Positions 9,336 through 18,826 of a DNA stretch of 64,000 bases are shown here, one piece after another; within the stretch, counting starts at the first letter, position 1; the number at the start of each line of letters is the position of its first letter. Source of the stretch: Chloroflexia bacterium (lineage in GTDB: Bacteria; Chloroflexota; Chloroflexia; QHBQ01; JADMIH01); the NCBI GenBank assembly GCA_036399775.1, contig DASWMJ010000009.1, forward strand, positions 3,866 to 67,865. Direction: 5' to 3'. The position numbers were made by a program, and so were the translations under genes. The notes below the pieces were generated by a model, which searched no databases, was not told where the DNA came from, and worked only from the letters and a program-made list of their open reading frames with translations.

Positions 9336-10388
9336 CTATGAGCCGAGTTTGCCGTAGGCCTTAAGAATACGATATGTATCTTTACCGTCTATAAAGCAGT
9401 AGTAACGTGGCTGATAGGCATATCGAGCCAATGCCGCAAGTACATGTCTAACCTTATGATCAATATCATGGGCATGTTGGACGATCAACAAATCCGCTTG
9501 CACAGTTGCTAATCTATAGAGCTGGTCATTGGCCTTACCCTGATTGCTACTCAATGTCATAGGGCTAAAACGGGCAGGACCCTTCAGTAAGAACGCTGCT
9601 GTAACTCTCTTGCCTCCAATATGCAAAGCAGGAGTGAAGTGATCCATTTGTTCGCCTCCCCAGTCTTTACCAGTTGTATCTCCAAGCAAATCAGCTAATC
9701 TCGCCTTTATAACCTTCTCTGGCAGGTTCTTCATTTGAGATTGCCAAACAGCTAATGCAGGCGGCATTATCTTTCGACACTCACTAAACTCATCTATATT
9801 TTCTGCATGGATCTCGAATGTTTCGTAGCCAGGCCATATAACTGAATAGTCTAAATCGTGATGAGCAGAGTTATGGGTAACGACAGGCAAGCCGATCACT
9901 AAAGGCTGGATGACCACTTGCTTCTCATCAAAACTGTGTATCCGTCCTATGATTGAAACAGGTGCGCCTTCAGTCAACAAGACTCTCATGGTGGTTGATA
10001 CAAAATGCTCTGGACTGAAATCTAGAATTATAGTACGTGCATCGTATACCTGTCCAATGACCTTTTGTATGCGCTCGTTATCTGATCTGAGTTTTCCAGG
10101 TGCCACACGCTCCAAACTTGCGAATACCGTCCCCTCCCGCAGGTCATGAAGAACGGCAGCTAGTGTGGGAATACGCTTATTACGACACTTGGCAAGAACA
10201 CGATCAGACAAGAACACGCTTCTGCTCTTTACACCGAAAGGGTCGGTAAGTAGGAGCAACGCAGGGAACCGAAGAGTAATCTCAGCAATTATAGAAGGTC
10301 CAATGAACGACATACACATCCGCTCATTAAGAAATCCAGGATCAACATTTACCTCATATCCATCTGAACCAAAGAGCACTCTTATCAC
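9336..10388 (-). CDS. Hypothetical protein, cargo of low-GC islet 1 (no family recognised; C-terminal region with clustered D/E/H/K residues, possibly nuclease-like)
   Basis: 350-aa ORF in clearly AT-richer DNA, GTG start (alternative GTG at 10379 has a GAGGTG RBS). Its own ~170-bp AT-rich upstream region is 10389-10560. C-terminus ...GKDWGGEQMDHFTPALHIGGKRVTAAFLLKG...LLIVQHAHDIDHKVRH.... Confidence 0.65.
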   Translation of the reverse strand: MIRVLFGSDGYEVNVDPGFLNERMCMSFIGPSIIAEITLRFPALLLLTDPFGVKSRSVFLSDRVLAKCRNKRIPTLAAVLHDLREGTVFASLERVAPGKLRSDNERIQKVIGQVYDARTIILDFSPEHFVSTTMRVLLTEGAPVSIIGRIHSFDEKQVVIQPLVIGLPVVTHNSAHHDLDYSVIWPGYETFEIHAENIDEFSECRKIMPPALAVWQSQMKNLPEKVIKARLADLLGDTTGKDWGGEQMDHFTPALHIGGKRVTAAFLLKGPARFSPMTLSSNQGKANDQLYRLATVQADLLIVQHAHDIDHKVRHVLAALARYAYQPRYYCFIDGKDTYRILKAYGKLGS

Positions 10389-10560
10389 CTCACAGTTGCA
10401 GAACTGCGACTAAAACACAGATGGGTGCATTTAAGGCTCCCATACCACAAGTAGAATCAGAATATCCTATATGGTTGTGCCGAAGATGGGATGCGAACTC
10501 ACAGTTATGCTAGATATAAGCAATCGACAAGACACCCTTCCATGATGAGGTGTCTGCCCC

Positions 10561-10616
10561 ACGTCAAGACGGCATATGCTCCGGCAGGGTGAGCCACACC
10601 TCGCCTGCGGGGGAGG
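10561..10616. repeat. Direct repeat DR1-right: functional 3' end of gene 10564..11487
   Basis: acgtcaagacggcatatgctccggcagggtgagccacacctcgcctgcgggggagg; partner of 9182-9236. Confidence 0.8.
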
Positions 10617-11487
10617 GCTTGCTGCGAGGAGTGAGGCCGGGGCCGCCTAGCACTCTAATGGCTAGTAGAGTGCCGTCCTGGAGCATTTCTTCCACTACCC
10701 TCTCGGTCACGCCTGGGTCCCAGCCGAATAGGCGCGGGAAGATGTGGGAGGGCGCGCCCACCGAGGTATGGAGGTATCGCTCTATCAGGTAGCGCATGGC
10801 GGCGCGGCTGTTGTACTGGCGGGCCTGCTCCGCCAGGTTGGGCGCCCACCTGAGCAGCAGGTCGTAGATGTAGCAGTATTTCCACCTGTTCGAGTCGGAG
10901 ATGCCCGCCTTCACTATCTTGAGGTCGCCCTGTAGCTCCACTATGGCGCGCTCGAAGCGGCGAGCGTTATCTCCCCCACCTCCCATGCCGCAAGCCTTCC
11001 TCATCGCGCTGGTGGGCATAGGCCCTTCCCTCAGCAGCGTTTCGTAGACCAGTTTGGCCTCCACGCTCATCATTCCGTCCGCGTAGGCTTCCAGGTAGTC
11101 GTCAATCTCCCCGTAGTTGGAGGAGAGAGCGTAGACCGCAGGCAGATCGCGCATCGAGATGAAGGCGGGCTTTCCCCGGATTATCTTGCCGTACCATGCC
11201 TCCTTGCGCTCCGGTATCTTGTCTTTCCAGTCCCAGGTCTTGTGGAGGGCGTAGTCGTGGTGGTGCTTGGGCAGCTTGCGCTCGCAGCCGTTGATGGCGC
11301 TCCACAGGTCGGGGAGGGGCAGCCTATCGCCCGGAAAGAGGAGGGCGATACCTACGTCGTTGATGAATTTCACCGCTTCACCCTGCGTCTTCACCTTGAA
11401 ATCGGGGTGCATGCGGTAGCGCGGCAGGCGCACGTCGAGTATATGCGTGTAATGGAAGACAGGTAGGGAAACAGGTTCAGCTAGCAT
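10564..11487 (-). CDS. Conserved hypothetical protein (307 aa)
   Basis: Long ORF with typical high-GC codon usage. Overlaps the downstream EamA gene start by 11 nt, so operonic. No family recognised with confidence. Confidence 0.6.
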   Translation of the reverse strand: MLAEPVSLPVFHYTHILDVRLPRYRMHPDFKVKTQGEAVKFINDVGIALLFPGDRLPLPDLWSAINGCERKLPKHHHDYALHKTWDWKDKIPERKEAWYGKIIRGKPAFISMRDLPAVYALSSNYGEIDDYLEAYADGMMSVEAKLVYETLLREGPMPTSAMRKACGMGGGGDNARRFERAIVELQGDLKIVKAGISDSNRWKYCYIYDLLLRWAPNLAEQARQYNSRAAMRYLIERYLHTSVGAPSHIFPRLFGWDPGVTERVVEEMLQDGTLLAIRVLGGPGLTPRSKPSPAGEVWLTLPEHMPS

Positions 11488-12499
11488 CTGAGTGTGGTAA
11501 GTCCGTTCTAGCCTCTATGGCAGGGATAAGTTGTTTAGTAGCAAGGGTGCGCGTGCGCCTGGACCTTACGGAGCGCAACTGCGGGCCTAGCTCGGCAATA
11601 ATCATGCCCGCCAGGATGAGCGCCCCGCCCGACAAGGCGATTGGTCCGAAGCGGTCGCCGTGCAGCGCGATGCCGAACATAGCGGCGAATACCGGCTCTA
11701 ACGTGAAGATAAGGGCTGTATGTACGGCGGTCGTGTATCGCTGCACGGTCGTCTGTATCGTGAAGGCCAAGCCTGTGGCAACGATGCCCATGAAGGCTAT
11801 CCCGGCCCATACCTCCGCGCCGATGCCGCGCACGGGCGTTTCGAACAGCAGCGTGCACGCGCCACTCAGCACGCCCGCTACCATCACCTCTATCGCGGTC
11901 ACGCGCATGGCGTCGGCCCATTTTGCCACGCGAGATACGAGCACAATCTGTAGGGCGAACGCGAAGGCGCACCCCAGCACGATCGGGTCGCCTGGATTGA
12001 GGCGCAACAACTCAGCGAAGTTGCCTTGAGCAAATGCCTCATCGAAGCGCAGGCTAAGCATCCCCAGGCCCGCAGCAGCGAGCGCCACCCCCGTCCACGC
12101 CCATGCCCCAGGCTTGTAGCGCAGGACAAAGAGGCCGAACACGGGCACCAGCACGACGGAGAGGCCCGTTATGAAGCCCGCGTTGCTGGCGGTGGTCTCC
12201 TTCAGGCCGATGGTCTGGAAGGCATACCCGGCCCACAGCGCTACACCTATCAGCGAACCCCATGCAACCTCACGCATGGACAGCCCACGCCATTTGCCCA
12301 GGAATAAGATCACGAGCGCGAGGGCCAGCGCACCGAGGGCAAAGCGGGCGGCAAGGAAGATGAGTGGGGATAACTGCTCGGTGATGTCTTTGATGAGCAC
12401 AAAGGTCGCGCCCCAAACGAAGGTAACGCCCAGCAGAGCAAGGTCTGAGAGCGCCTGCTTTCTGGTGGAAACCGTATCCTGGAGAAGGGTCGCGGCCAT
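11477..12499 (-). CDS. EamA/DMT-family transporter
   Basis: ~10 TM helices, duplicated EamA-like halves; LLGVTFVWGATFVLIKD at the N-terminus. Confidence 0.8.
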   Translation of the reverse strand: MAATLLQDTVSTRKQALSDLALLGVTFVWGATFVLIKDITEQLSPLIFLAARFALGALALALVILFLGKWRGLSMREVAWGSLIGVALWAGYAFQTIGLKETTASNAGFITGLSVVLVPVFGLFVLRYKPGAWAWTGVALAAAGLGMLSLRFDEAFAQGNFAELLRLNPGDPIVLGCAFAFALQIVLVSRVAKWADAMRVTAIEVMVAGVLSGACTLLFETPVRGIGAEVWAGIAFMGIVATGLAFTIQTTVQRYTTAVHTALIFTLEPVFAAMFGIALHGDRFGPIALSGGALILAGMIIAELGPQLRSVRSRRTRTLATKQLIPAIEARTDLPHSDAS

Positions 12500-12619
12500 G
12501 AGCCAATTATAACTGAGAACACATGGGCTAATCCAGGGGACATATCGCTTGCAAAGTGGGATGTTGTGGAATATAATCAGCCTGTGGGACTGTTATGGTT
12601 CCGGCCAGGAGGCATCATT

Positions 12620-13618
12620 ATGAAAACGACGAAAGTCAGAGAGAAGGTTGCCGAGCAGCCGCCGGTGGCTGAGGAGGATGAGCCACGAAAGGAGAGGGCG
12701 GTGCAGGCGGCGCTCTTCACGCTCAACGGGAGGGGGGAGCTTACCGACCCCGTAGCCGACATCCCGGCGCTCGGCCCATCTTCCAGCCTGGACGTGGCGC
12801 GCTGGTGGTACAAGCGCCACCTAGAGCAGCAGAAGCGGCCCATCAACACGATAGACTCCTATATGTACGACCTTGCGCTCTTCCAGGAGTCGCTTGGCAA
12901 CAAGACGCTCGACCGGGTGAACAACACCGACATAGCGAACTTCCTGGGGCAGGCGAACAACAAGTCTACCCGCAAGCGGCGGCTTACCTCCTTGCAGGGC
13001 ATGTACCGCTACCTGGTGAACAAAGAGAAGATACTGCCCAAGAACCCCTGCGACAGCTTCTTCCCCGACTACATCCCCCTCAAGACGCCGCGCACCCTCT
13101 TCCCGCAAGAGCAGGACGCTATGCTTGAGGCCGCCCGCGACGAGAACTCGCGCACTTACCTGATCGTGTACCTGCTGCTGAAGCTGGGGCTGACGCGCAC
13201 CGAACTGCTCGCGCTGAAGGTAGACCACATAGACGTGAGCAACCCCGACCAGCCCATCGTCTACATTTACTATGACGAGATACGCTGGCAGCCGAAGGAG
13301 CGCAAGCTGGCGGCGGATGCCGAGTTCACCGATGCCTTCCTGCGGTACGTGGAGGAATACAGCCCGGTAGCGCGCATGTTCAATCTGCTGCCCCAGTCCA
13401 TCAACAAGATAGTGGACCGTATAGCCGAGGCCGCAGGGATAGGCAAGACGGTGACGCCCCAATCCCTGCGCGATACCTTCGCCGTTGAGCAGGCGAAGAT
13501 CGGGGCCGACGAAAAGAAGCTGCTGCTAATACTGGGCCTCGCGCCCGACAGCCGCAACCGCAAGAGCGTGCAGAGGTACATGAAGCTGGCCGCCCCGCCC
13601 GTCGCTGGCGTGGTGTGA
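12620..13618 (+). CDS. Tyrosine-type site-specific recombinase/integrase (divergent active-site residues)
   Basis: GGAGG RBS then ATG at 12620. N-terminal SAM-like core-binding region (WWYKRHLEQQKRPINTIDSYMYDLALFQESL). Catalytic-domain motifs LTRTELLALKVDHIDV (Arg-I), QSLRDTFAV (HxLRH box with H->Q and H->D), LGLAPDSRNRKSVQRYMKL (Tyr). Confidence 0.75.
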   Translation: MKTTKVREKVAEQPPVAEEDEPRKERAVQAALFTLNGRGELTDPVADIPALGPSSSLDVARWWYKRHLEQQKRPINTIDSYMYDLALFQESLGNKTLDRVNNTDIANFLGQANNKSTRKRRLTSLQGMYRYLVNKEKILPKNPCDSFFPDYIPLKTPRTLFPQEQDAMLEAARDENSRTYLIVYLLLKLGLTRTELLALKVDHIDVSNPDQPIVYIYYDEIRWQPKERKLAADAEFTDAFLRYVEEYSPVARMFNLLPQSINKIVDRIAEAAGIGKTVTPQSLRDTFAVEQAKIGADEKKLLLILGLAPDSRNRKSVQRYMKLAAPPVAGVV

Positions 13619-13704
13619 TTTTCGGTTTCAGCAGCTTCTTTCAAGCATGCGGAGTAGTGTAGAATATAGCTTGGTCATAAATCGCCACAATACAGGGGGC
13701 AACC

Positions 13705-14112
13705 ATGCACTGGCTAGCGATTGTACTCGTCTTAACTCCGGTGATTCTGTTGTGCGCACACTGCATCCTGGCCAATAGAATCGGAAGAAATAGAAGTTTC
13801 TTTTCGATCTTGGCAGGGTTGTTAGGATTGACGGTTGTTACTACTTTAACTTGGGTAGGCTCATCTTACGCGGCTGCGTACTTTGTTTTTCAAACTCGTG
13901 AACCCAAACAACAAACTCTGCTTGATGTGTTTGATAAGACATTATCATTGCCCTTCTATCTGTTCCCTCAGGCTCCGATTCTACAATCCTTCTTAGGTCT
14001 GCCGCCAATGAACGTAGCGAGTGTTCTGCTATTGCCTTCTGTTCTGTTAATACTGGGTTTAGTTTTTGCTACCATTCGAGTTCCAAGGCGCATAGCGAGA
14101 GTGCAGGCATAG
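13705..14112 (+). CDS. Small hypothetical membrane protein in a low-GC patch
   Basis: 135 aa, 3-4 hydrophobic helices. Surrounding DNA 13640-14180 is AT-richer than the flanks. Confidence 0.45.
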   Translation: MHWLAIVLVLTPVILLCAHCILANRIGRNRSFFSILAGLLGLTVVTTLTWVGSSYAAAYFVFQTREPKQQTLLDVFDKTLSLPFYLFPQAPILQSFLGLPPMNVASVLLLPSVLLILGLVFATIRVPRRIARVQA

Positions 14113-14187
14113 CGTCTTGCATGAAATTTGAAATGAAATTGTTGCTTGGGTGTCTGTATTTGGATGTTGGAGCTGTGAGTTAGCCAT

Positions 14188-14643
14188 ATGAGTAACGTTA
14201 CCGGGGAGGATAAGCGCGAAATCTCGCATACCTTTCGTGTTCGCTATGCGGAGACCGACGCTATGGGGATCGTGCATCACAGCAGCTACGTCATATGGCT
14301 GGAGATGGGGCGCACCGAGTTCATGCGCGCTTTCGGTTTCACATACAGGGAGCTTGAGGAGATGGGGGTGGTGATGCCTGTGCTTGAGATAGGCGTCCGC
14401 TACAGGCAGCCCGCCTACTACGACGACGAGCTACGCATCTCTACCTGGGTTGACGAGTTGAGCCGCACCAAAATCAAGCTGGCCTATAAGATAGTCCGCA
14501 CCTCCGACGGTAAGCTGCTGACCGAGGGCTTCTCCCTGCACACCTTCACCGGGCACGATGGCAGGCTCATCAGGATAACCCACCACCTCGAAGCCTGGTC
14601 GCGCCTGCGGGCGATGTCCCCACACCTGGATGTCAAGGAATAG
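14188..14643 (+). CDS. Acyl-CoA thioesterase, 4HBT/YbgC family
   Basis: ISHTFRVRYAETDAMGIVHHSSYVIWLEMGRTEFMRAFGF is the hotdog-fold thioesterase N-terminal signature. Confidence 0.8.
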   Translation: MSNVTGEDKREISHTFRVRYAETDAMGIVHHSSYVIWLEMGRTEFMRAFGFTYRELEEMGVVMPVLEIGVRYRQPAYYDDELRISTWVDELSRTKIKLAYKIVRTSDGKLLTEGFSLHTFTGHDGRLIRITHHLEAWSRLRAMSPHLDVKE

Positions 14644-14702
14644 GCTTTCGCGGCAGGGTCACATAAGACAGAAAAGACGGAACCACAAAGACACAAGCTA
14701 CA

Positions 14703-14752
14703 AACATGATGCAAGCCCGAAATATAGAATTCGGGCTTGCATCATGTTTACG
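14703..14752 (+). terminator. Terminator-like hairpin
   Basis: 19-bp perfect stem aacatgatgcaagcccgaa / ttcgggcttgcatcatgtt with an 8-nt loop, then tta. Confidence 0.55.
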
Positions 14753-14999
14753 CTCACCCAACTACATCTCCCCTATTCGAGAGGAATGTTCAAGAGAAGA
14801 AAACAGGCGGCGCAGTAGCCTGTTTTCTTCTTTAACTAATGATTTTACACTTGCCAACAGAGAAATATAAACATTTGAAATTTCACCTTGCCTAAATTGT
14901 GTATTGACAATATAAGAAATGGGATATATAATGAGGTATAATTTAGACTAGCCTAAAAATCACTACCGATTATGTACCGGGGTGTTGGAGATCATCAGA

Positions 15000-16052
15000 A
15001 TGGCGAAAGATACTTTATCACGGAGAGGATTCCTGCGGATGGGCGCAATAGGTATGGCTAGCATCGCCAGCCTGCCCGTGTTGGACAGATTAGCGCCTGG
15101 CAAGGCCCAGGCCCATCTCGCGACGCCTGTAGTTGAAAACGCGCATAAACCTGCCCATGCAGGGCGCTTCCAGCAGGATGCTCACGGCAACCACAACCAA
15201 TCTACCGTCGGGGACGTTGACACATCTCGTTTCGATCCGATGGAGTTCCTCACCAATTTCGATTATGGCACGACCAGCACCTTACCGAACGGGCAGACCC
15301 TGCGGGAATGGACGGTAATCGCCGGTGATGTTGAGATCGAGGTAGCGCCCGGCGTGTACTTCGCGGCCTGGGCGTATAACGGGCAGGTGCCCGGCCCCAC
15401 TTTCCGGTGCGTAGAGGGAGATCGCCTGCGCTTTACCTTCCTCAATGGATCGGTCCACCCTCACACCATACACTTCCATGGGATACACCCGCCCAGCATG
15501 GACGGCGTAGACCCACAGGTTATGCCGGGGGGCACATTCGTATACGAGTTCGACGCCGACCCTTTCGGTATGCACCTGTATCATTGCCACTCTGTACCGC
15601 TAGCCCGGCACATCCACAAGGGGCTGTACGGAAACTTCATCATTGATCCTCCCGGTGGCCGTCCTCCGGCGAAGGAGTTCTCGATGGTGATAAACGCGTT
15701 CGACACCAACTTTGATGGCGGGAACGAAGTGTACGCTGTCAATACGGTAGCATTTCACTATATGAAGCACCCTATCAAAGTGAAGGTGGGTGAGTTGGTC
15801 CGTATCTACGTATCCAACGTCACCGAGTTTGACCTTGTAAACTCGTTCCACTTGCATTCCGGCATGTACAAGCTCTACCGCACAGGCACCAGCCTTACAC
15901 AGTACGAATATACCGACAACGTGCTGATGAGCCAGGGTGACCGGCATATTATAGAGTTCACGCTGAAGTACCCCGGCAAATATATGTTCCACGCTCACCA
16001 AACAGAGTTCACCGAGCTTGGGTGGATGGGCTTCTTTGAAGCGGAAGCGTAA
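15000..16052 (+). CDS. Tat-secreted multicopper oxidase / cupredoxin-domain protein (NirK-like two-domain type)
   Basis: Twin-arginine signal SRRGFLRMGAIGMASIASL. Copper-ligand motifs HTIHFHGIH, HCHSV..H and MFHAHQTEF. Confidence 0.8.
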   Translation: MAKDTLSRRGFLRMGAIGMASIASLPVLDRLAPGKAQAHLATPVVENAHKPAHAGRFQQDAHGNHNQSTVGDVDTSRFDPMEFLTNFDYGTTSTLPNGQTLREWTVIAGDVEIEVAPGVYFAAWAYNGQVPGPTFRCVEGDRLRFTFLNGSVHPHTIHFHGIHPPSMDGVDPQVMPGGTFVYEFDADPFGMHLYHCHSVPLARHIHKGLYGNFIIDPPGGRPPAKEFSMVINAFDTNFDGGNEVYAVNTVAFHYMKHPIKVKVGELVRIYVSNVTEFDLVNSFHLHSGMYKLYRTGTSLTQYEYTDNVLMSQGDRHIIEFTLKYPGKYMFHAHQTEFTELGWMGFFEAEA

Positions 16053-16076
16053 TCCAGAGACAAGAGGAGTCCCGAA

Positions 16077-17342
16077 ATGTCAGTAAATAGTGAGGTCCTC
16101 GCCCGGCTACCCGGTGAGTCCTCGCACTCCATCGAACCGGCAAAACCTGCTGAGCCTAAAGCGCGCGGCGGAGGCTTGTTTATCCTGCTTGCTTCGCTCA
16201 TTCCACTCGGACTGCTGGCTGGTATGCTCGCGGTCTTCAACTTTATCAATCCCCTGGCGCTCTTTACGGCGGAGCTGCCACCGATAGAGAGCTTGAGCAT
16301 TCAACGCATAAACGTGACGGAAACAGGGTTCAAGTTCACCGTAATCAATGGCGGCCCGGAGCCGGTAACGATAGCCCAGGTGCTGGTGGACGACGCCTAC
16401 TGGAACTTCACCATTGAACCGTCTGCTGCTATACCACGATTGGGAGAGGCGACTATCAACGTGCCTTACCCCTGGGTGGAAGGGGAGCCAAACGCCCTGG
16501 TGCTGCTAACCTCTACGGGCGCTACCTTCGAGGGCGTGGTGCCTGTGGCTACGGAGACCCCAAGCCCAGGTTCTAAAGAGTTCCTGGCGTATGGGTTGTT
16601 GGGAGTTTACGTCGGCATCATCCCCGTGTTGCTCGGTATGCTCTGGTTCCCGGCGATGAAGCGGCTGGGGAGGCGCTGGCTGGCTGTGATCCTCGCGCTA
16701 ACGATTGGCCTGCTCTTTTTCTTACTCGTTGATACCTTGCTTGAGGCGTTCGAGGTCAGCGCCACGCTGCCGGAAGTCTACCAGGGCGTGCCCCTGACCC
16801 TTTTCGCCGCCTTACTCACATGGTTAGGGATAGCTGCGGTAAGCGCACGAGGCACAAAGCGAAATGCCGATCCTGTGAAGCAGAGGCTATTCGTAGCGAC
16901 GCTGATAGCGGTAAGCATCGGCCTGCACAACCTGGGAGAAGGGCTGGCGATAGGGGCAGCCTTCGCGCTGGGAGAAGCGGCCCTCGGCTCCTTCCTGGTG
17001 ATTGGGTTTACGTTGCACAATGTCACGGAAGGCGTAGGTATAGCTACCCCACTTACTAAAGATAGCCCCAAACTATGGCTGTTCGCGCTATTGGCGTTGG
17101 TGGCAGGCTTACCCGCCAGCATAGGCGCATGGATCGGCGGCTTCGCCTACTCTCCCCTGCTGGCGGTAATTTTCCTGGGTATCGGTGTCGGGGCTATAGT
17201 GCAGGTGATAGTTGAGGTCGGAAGGCTCCTCCTCCAGGACGCGCAGAAGGAAGGCAGACCCGCCGTGAGTTGGGCCAACGTGGGTGGGCTGGCGATGGGT
17301 ATCGGGTTGATGTACTTCACAGCGTTCTTCGTGAAGTTCTAA
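16077..17342 (+). CDS. ZIP-family (ZupT-like) metal cation transporter with N-terminal extracytoplasmic domain
   Basis: ZIP signatures GLHNLGEGLAIGAAF and HNVTEGVGIA; multi-TM C-terminal half. Confidence 0.8.
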   Translation: MSVNSEVLARLPGESSHSIEPAKPAEPKARGGGLFILLASLIPLGLLAGMLAVFNFINPLALFTAELPPIESLSIQRINVTETGFKFTVINGGPEPVTIAQVLVDDAYWNFTIEPSAAIPRLGEATINVPYPWVEGEPNALVLLTSTGATFEGVVPVATETPSPGSKEFLAYGLLGVYVGIIPVLLGMLWFPAMKRLGRRWLAVILALTIGLLFFLLVDTLLEAFEVSATLPEVYQGVPLTLFAALLTWLGIAAVSARGTKRNADPVKQRLFVATLIAVSIGLHNLGEGLAIGAAFALGEAALGSFLVIGFTLHNVTEGVGIATPLTKDSPKLWLFALLALVAGLPASIGAWIGGFAYSPLLAVIFLGIGVGAIVQVIVEVGRLLLQDAQKEGRPAVSWANVGGLAMGIGLMYFTAFFVKF

Positions 17343-17358
17343 AGAAAAAGAGATTATC

Positions 17359-17403
17359 AATAAGCGGAAAATGGGCGGCGCAGCCGCCCATTTTCCGCTT
17401 ATT
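17359..17403. terminator. Bidirectional terminator-like palindrome (AAAATGGGCGGC-GCA-GCCGCCCATTTT family)
   Basis: 21-bp perfect arms aataagcggaaaatgggcggc / gccgcccattttccgcttatt between convergent genes. A related palindrome is at 23487-23536. Confidence 0.65.
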
Positions 17404-17444
17404 GACAAAAAACATCTCTCTGTCCAGGCCAGTCACCCAGGTCC

Positions 17445-18731
17445 CTAGCACTCCTCTTTACAACGTATGACTTCCAGTCCACCCATGTATGGCCGCAAAG
17501 CGCCGGGGATGACTACCGAGCCATCTTCTTGCTGGAAATTCTCCAGGATCGCGGCCCAGGTGCGGCCTATCGCGAGACCTGAGCCGTTGAGGGTGTGGGC
17601 GAAGCGGGGGCGCTCCTCCGGGGCGGGGCGGTAGCGGATATTGGCGCGGCGGGCCTGGAAGTCCTCGAAGTTGCTGCACGACGAAATCTCGCGGTAAGTG
17701 TCCTGCGCGGGAAGCCATACTTCCAGGTCGTAGCTCTTGGCGGCGCTGAAGCCCAGGTCGGCGGTGCAGTGCTCGCTCACCTGGTAGGGGATATTCAGAC
17801 GCTGCAGTACGGCCTCTGCGTCGGCGGTCAGCGTCTCAAGCTCCTCGTAGCTGGTCTCGGCGGTGGTGAACTTTACCATCTCGACCTTGTTGAACTGGTG
17901 TACCCTGATTACCCCGCGCACGTCCTTGCCCGCCGACCCCGCCTCGCGGCGGAAGCAGGCTGTATAGGCGGTGTAGTAGATGGGCAGTTGGTTCGCGCTA
18001 AGTATCTCTTCGCGGTGCAGGTTGGTGACGGGCACCTCTGCCGTTGGGATGAGGTAGAGATCGTCGTTCGCCAGCTTATACATGTCTTCCTCGAACTTGG
18101 GAAGCTGGCCGGTGCCTACCATGCTGGCCTCGTTCACCAGCACGGGCGGGAATACCTCCGTGTAGCCGTGCTCCGTTATGTGCATGTCGAGCATGAAGTT
18201 GAAGAGCGCTCTCTCAAGGCGAGCGCCCAGGCCTGTGAGCACGTAGAAGCGCGCCCCGCTTATCTTGACGCCGCGCTCGAAGTCTACCATGCCGAGGCGC
18301 ACGCCTACGTCCCAGTGGGCGAGCGGCTCGAACTCGAACTGGCGCGGCTCGCCCCACCGCCGCACTACCACGTTATCCTCTTCGCCCTCGCCGACGGGCA
18401 CCGACTCGTGCGGGAGGTTGGGGAGGCTCAACAGCACCTTCCTCAGCGCCTGCTCTACCTCGTCTGTCTGCCTGTCTAGCTCGGCTATGCGCGGGCCTAT
18501 GGCTTTCGACTCCTCGATGAGAGGTGCGCGCTCCTGTGGGTCCTTCGCCCTGGGCACCTGCTTCGACAATTCGTTGCGGCGGGCTTGCAGGGTCTCTTTC
18601 TCTACCAGCAAGGCGCGGCGCTGCTCGTCAAGTTCTAAGATGCGGCCAACGTGCGCGGGGTCTTCGTTGCGATTTTGCAGCCCGGCTCGCACCTTGTCGG
18701 GCGCTTCGCGTACCAGTCGGATGTCTAACAT
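17445..18731 (-). CDS. serS: Seryl-tRNA synthetase
   Basis: 428 aa. N-terminal coiled-coil MLDIRLVRE..., class II core with ...[26 protein letters not shown]... and the C-terminal [15 protein letters not shown] motif. Confidence 0.92.
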   Translation of the reverse strand: MLDIRLVREAPDKVRAGLQNRNEDPAHVGRILELDEQRRALLVEKETLQARRNELSKQVPRAKDPQERAPLIEESKAIGPRIAELDRQTDEVEQALRKVLLSLPNLPHESVPVGEGEEDNVVVRRWGEPRQFEFEPLAHWDVGVRLGMVDFERGVKISGARFYVLTGLGARLERALFNFMLDMHITEHGYTEVFPPVLVNEASMVGTGQLPKFEEDMYKLANDDLYLIPTAEVPVTNLHREEILSANQLPIYYTAYTACFRREAGSAGKDVRGVIRVHQFNKVEMVKFTTAETSYEELETLTADAEAVLQRLNIPYQVSEHCTADLGFSAAKSYDLEVWLPAQDTYREISSCSNFEDFQARRANIRYRPAPEERPRFAHTLNGSGLAIGRTWAAILENFQQEDGSVVIPGALRPYMGGLEVIRCKEEC

Positions 18732-18826
18732 TTATGGCCTCCTGATGTAAATAGGACATACAAGTATAAAGCAAAACCCCCGCAACTGTGTGCAGGGGTG
18801 TACGCTGAAGTCCGCGACGTGCGGCT

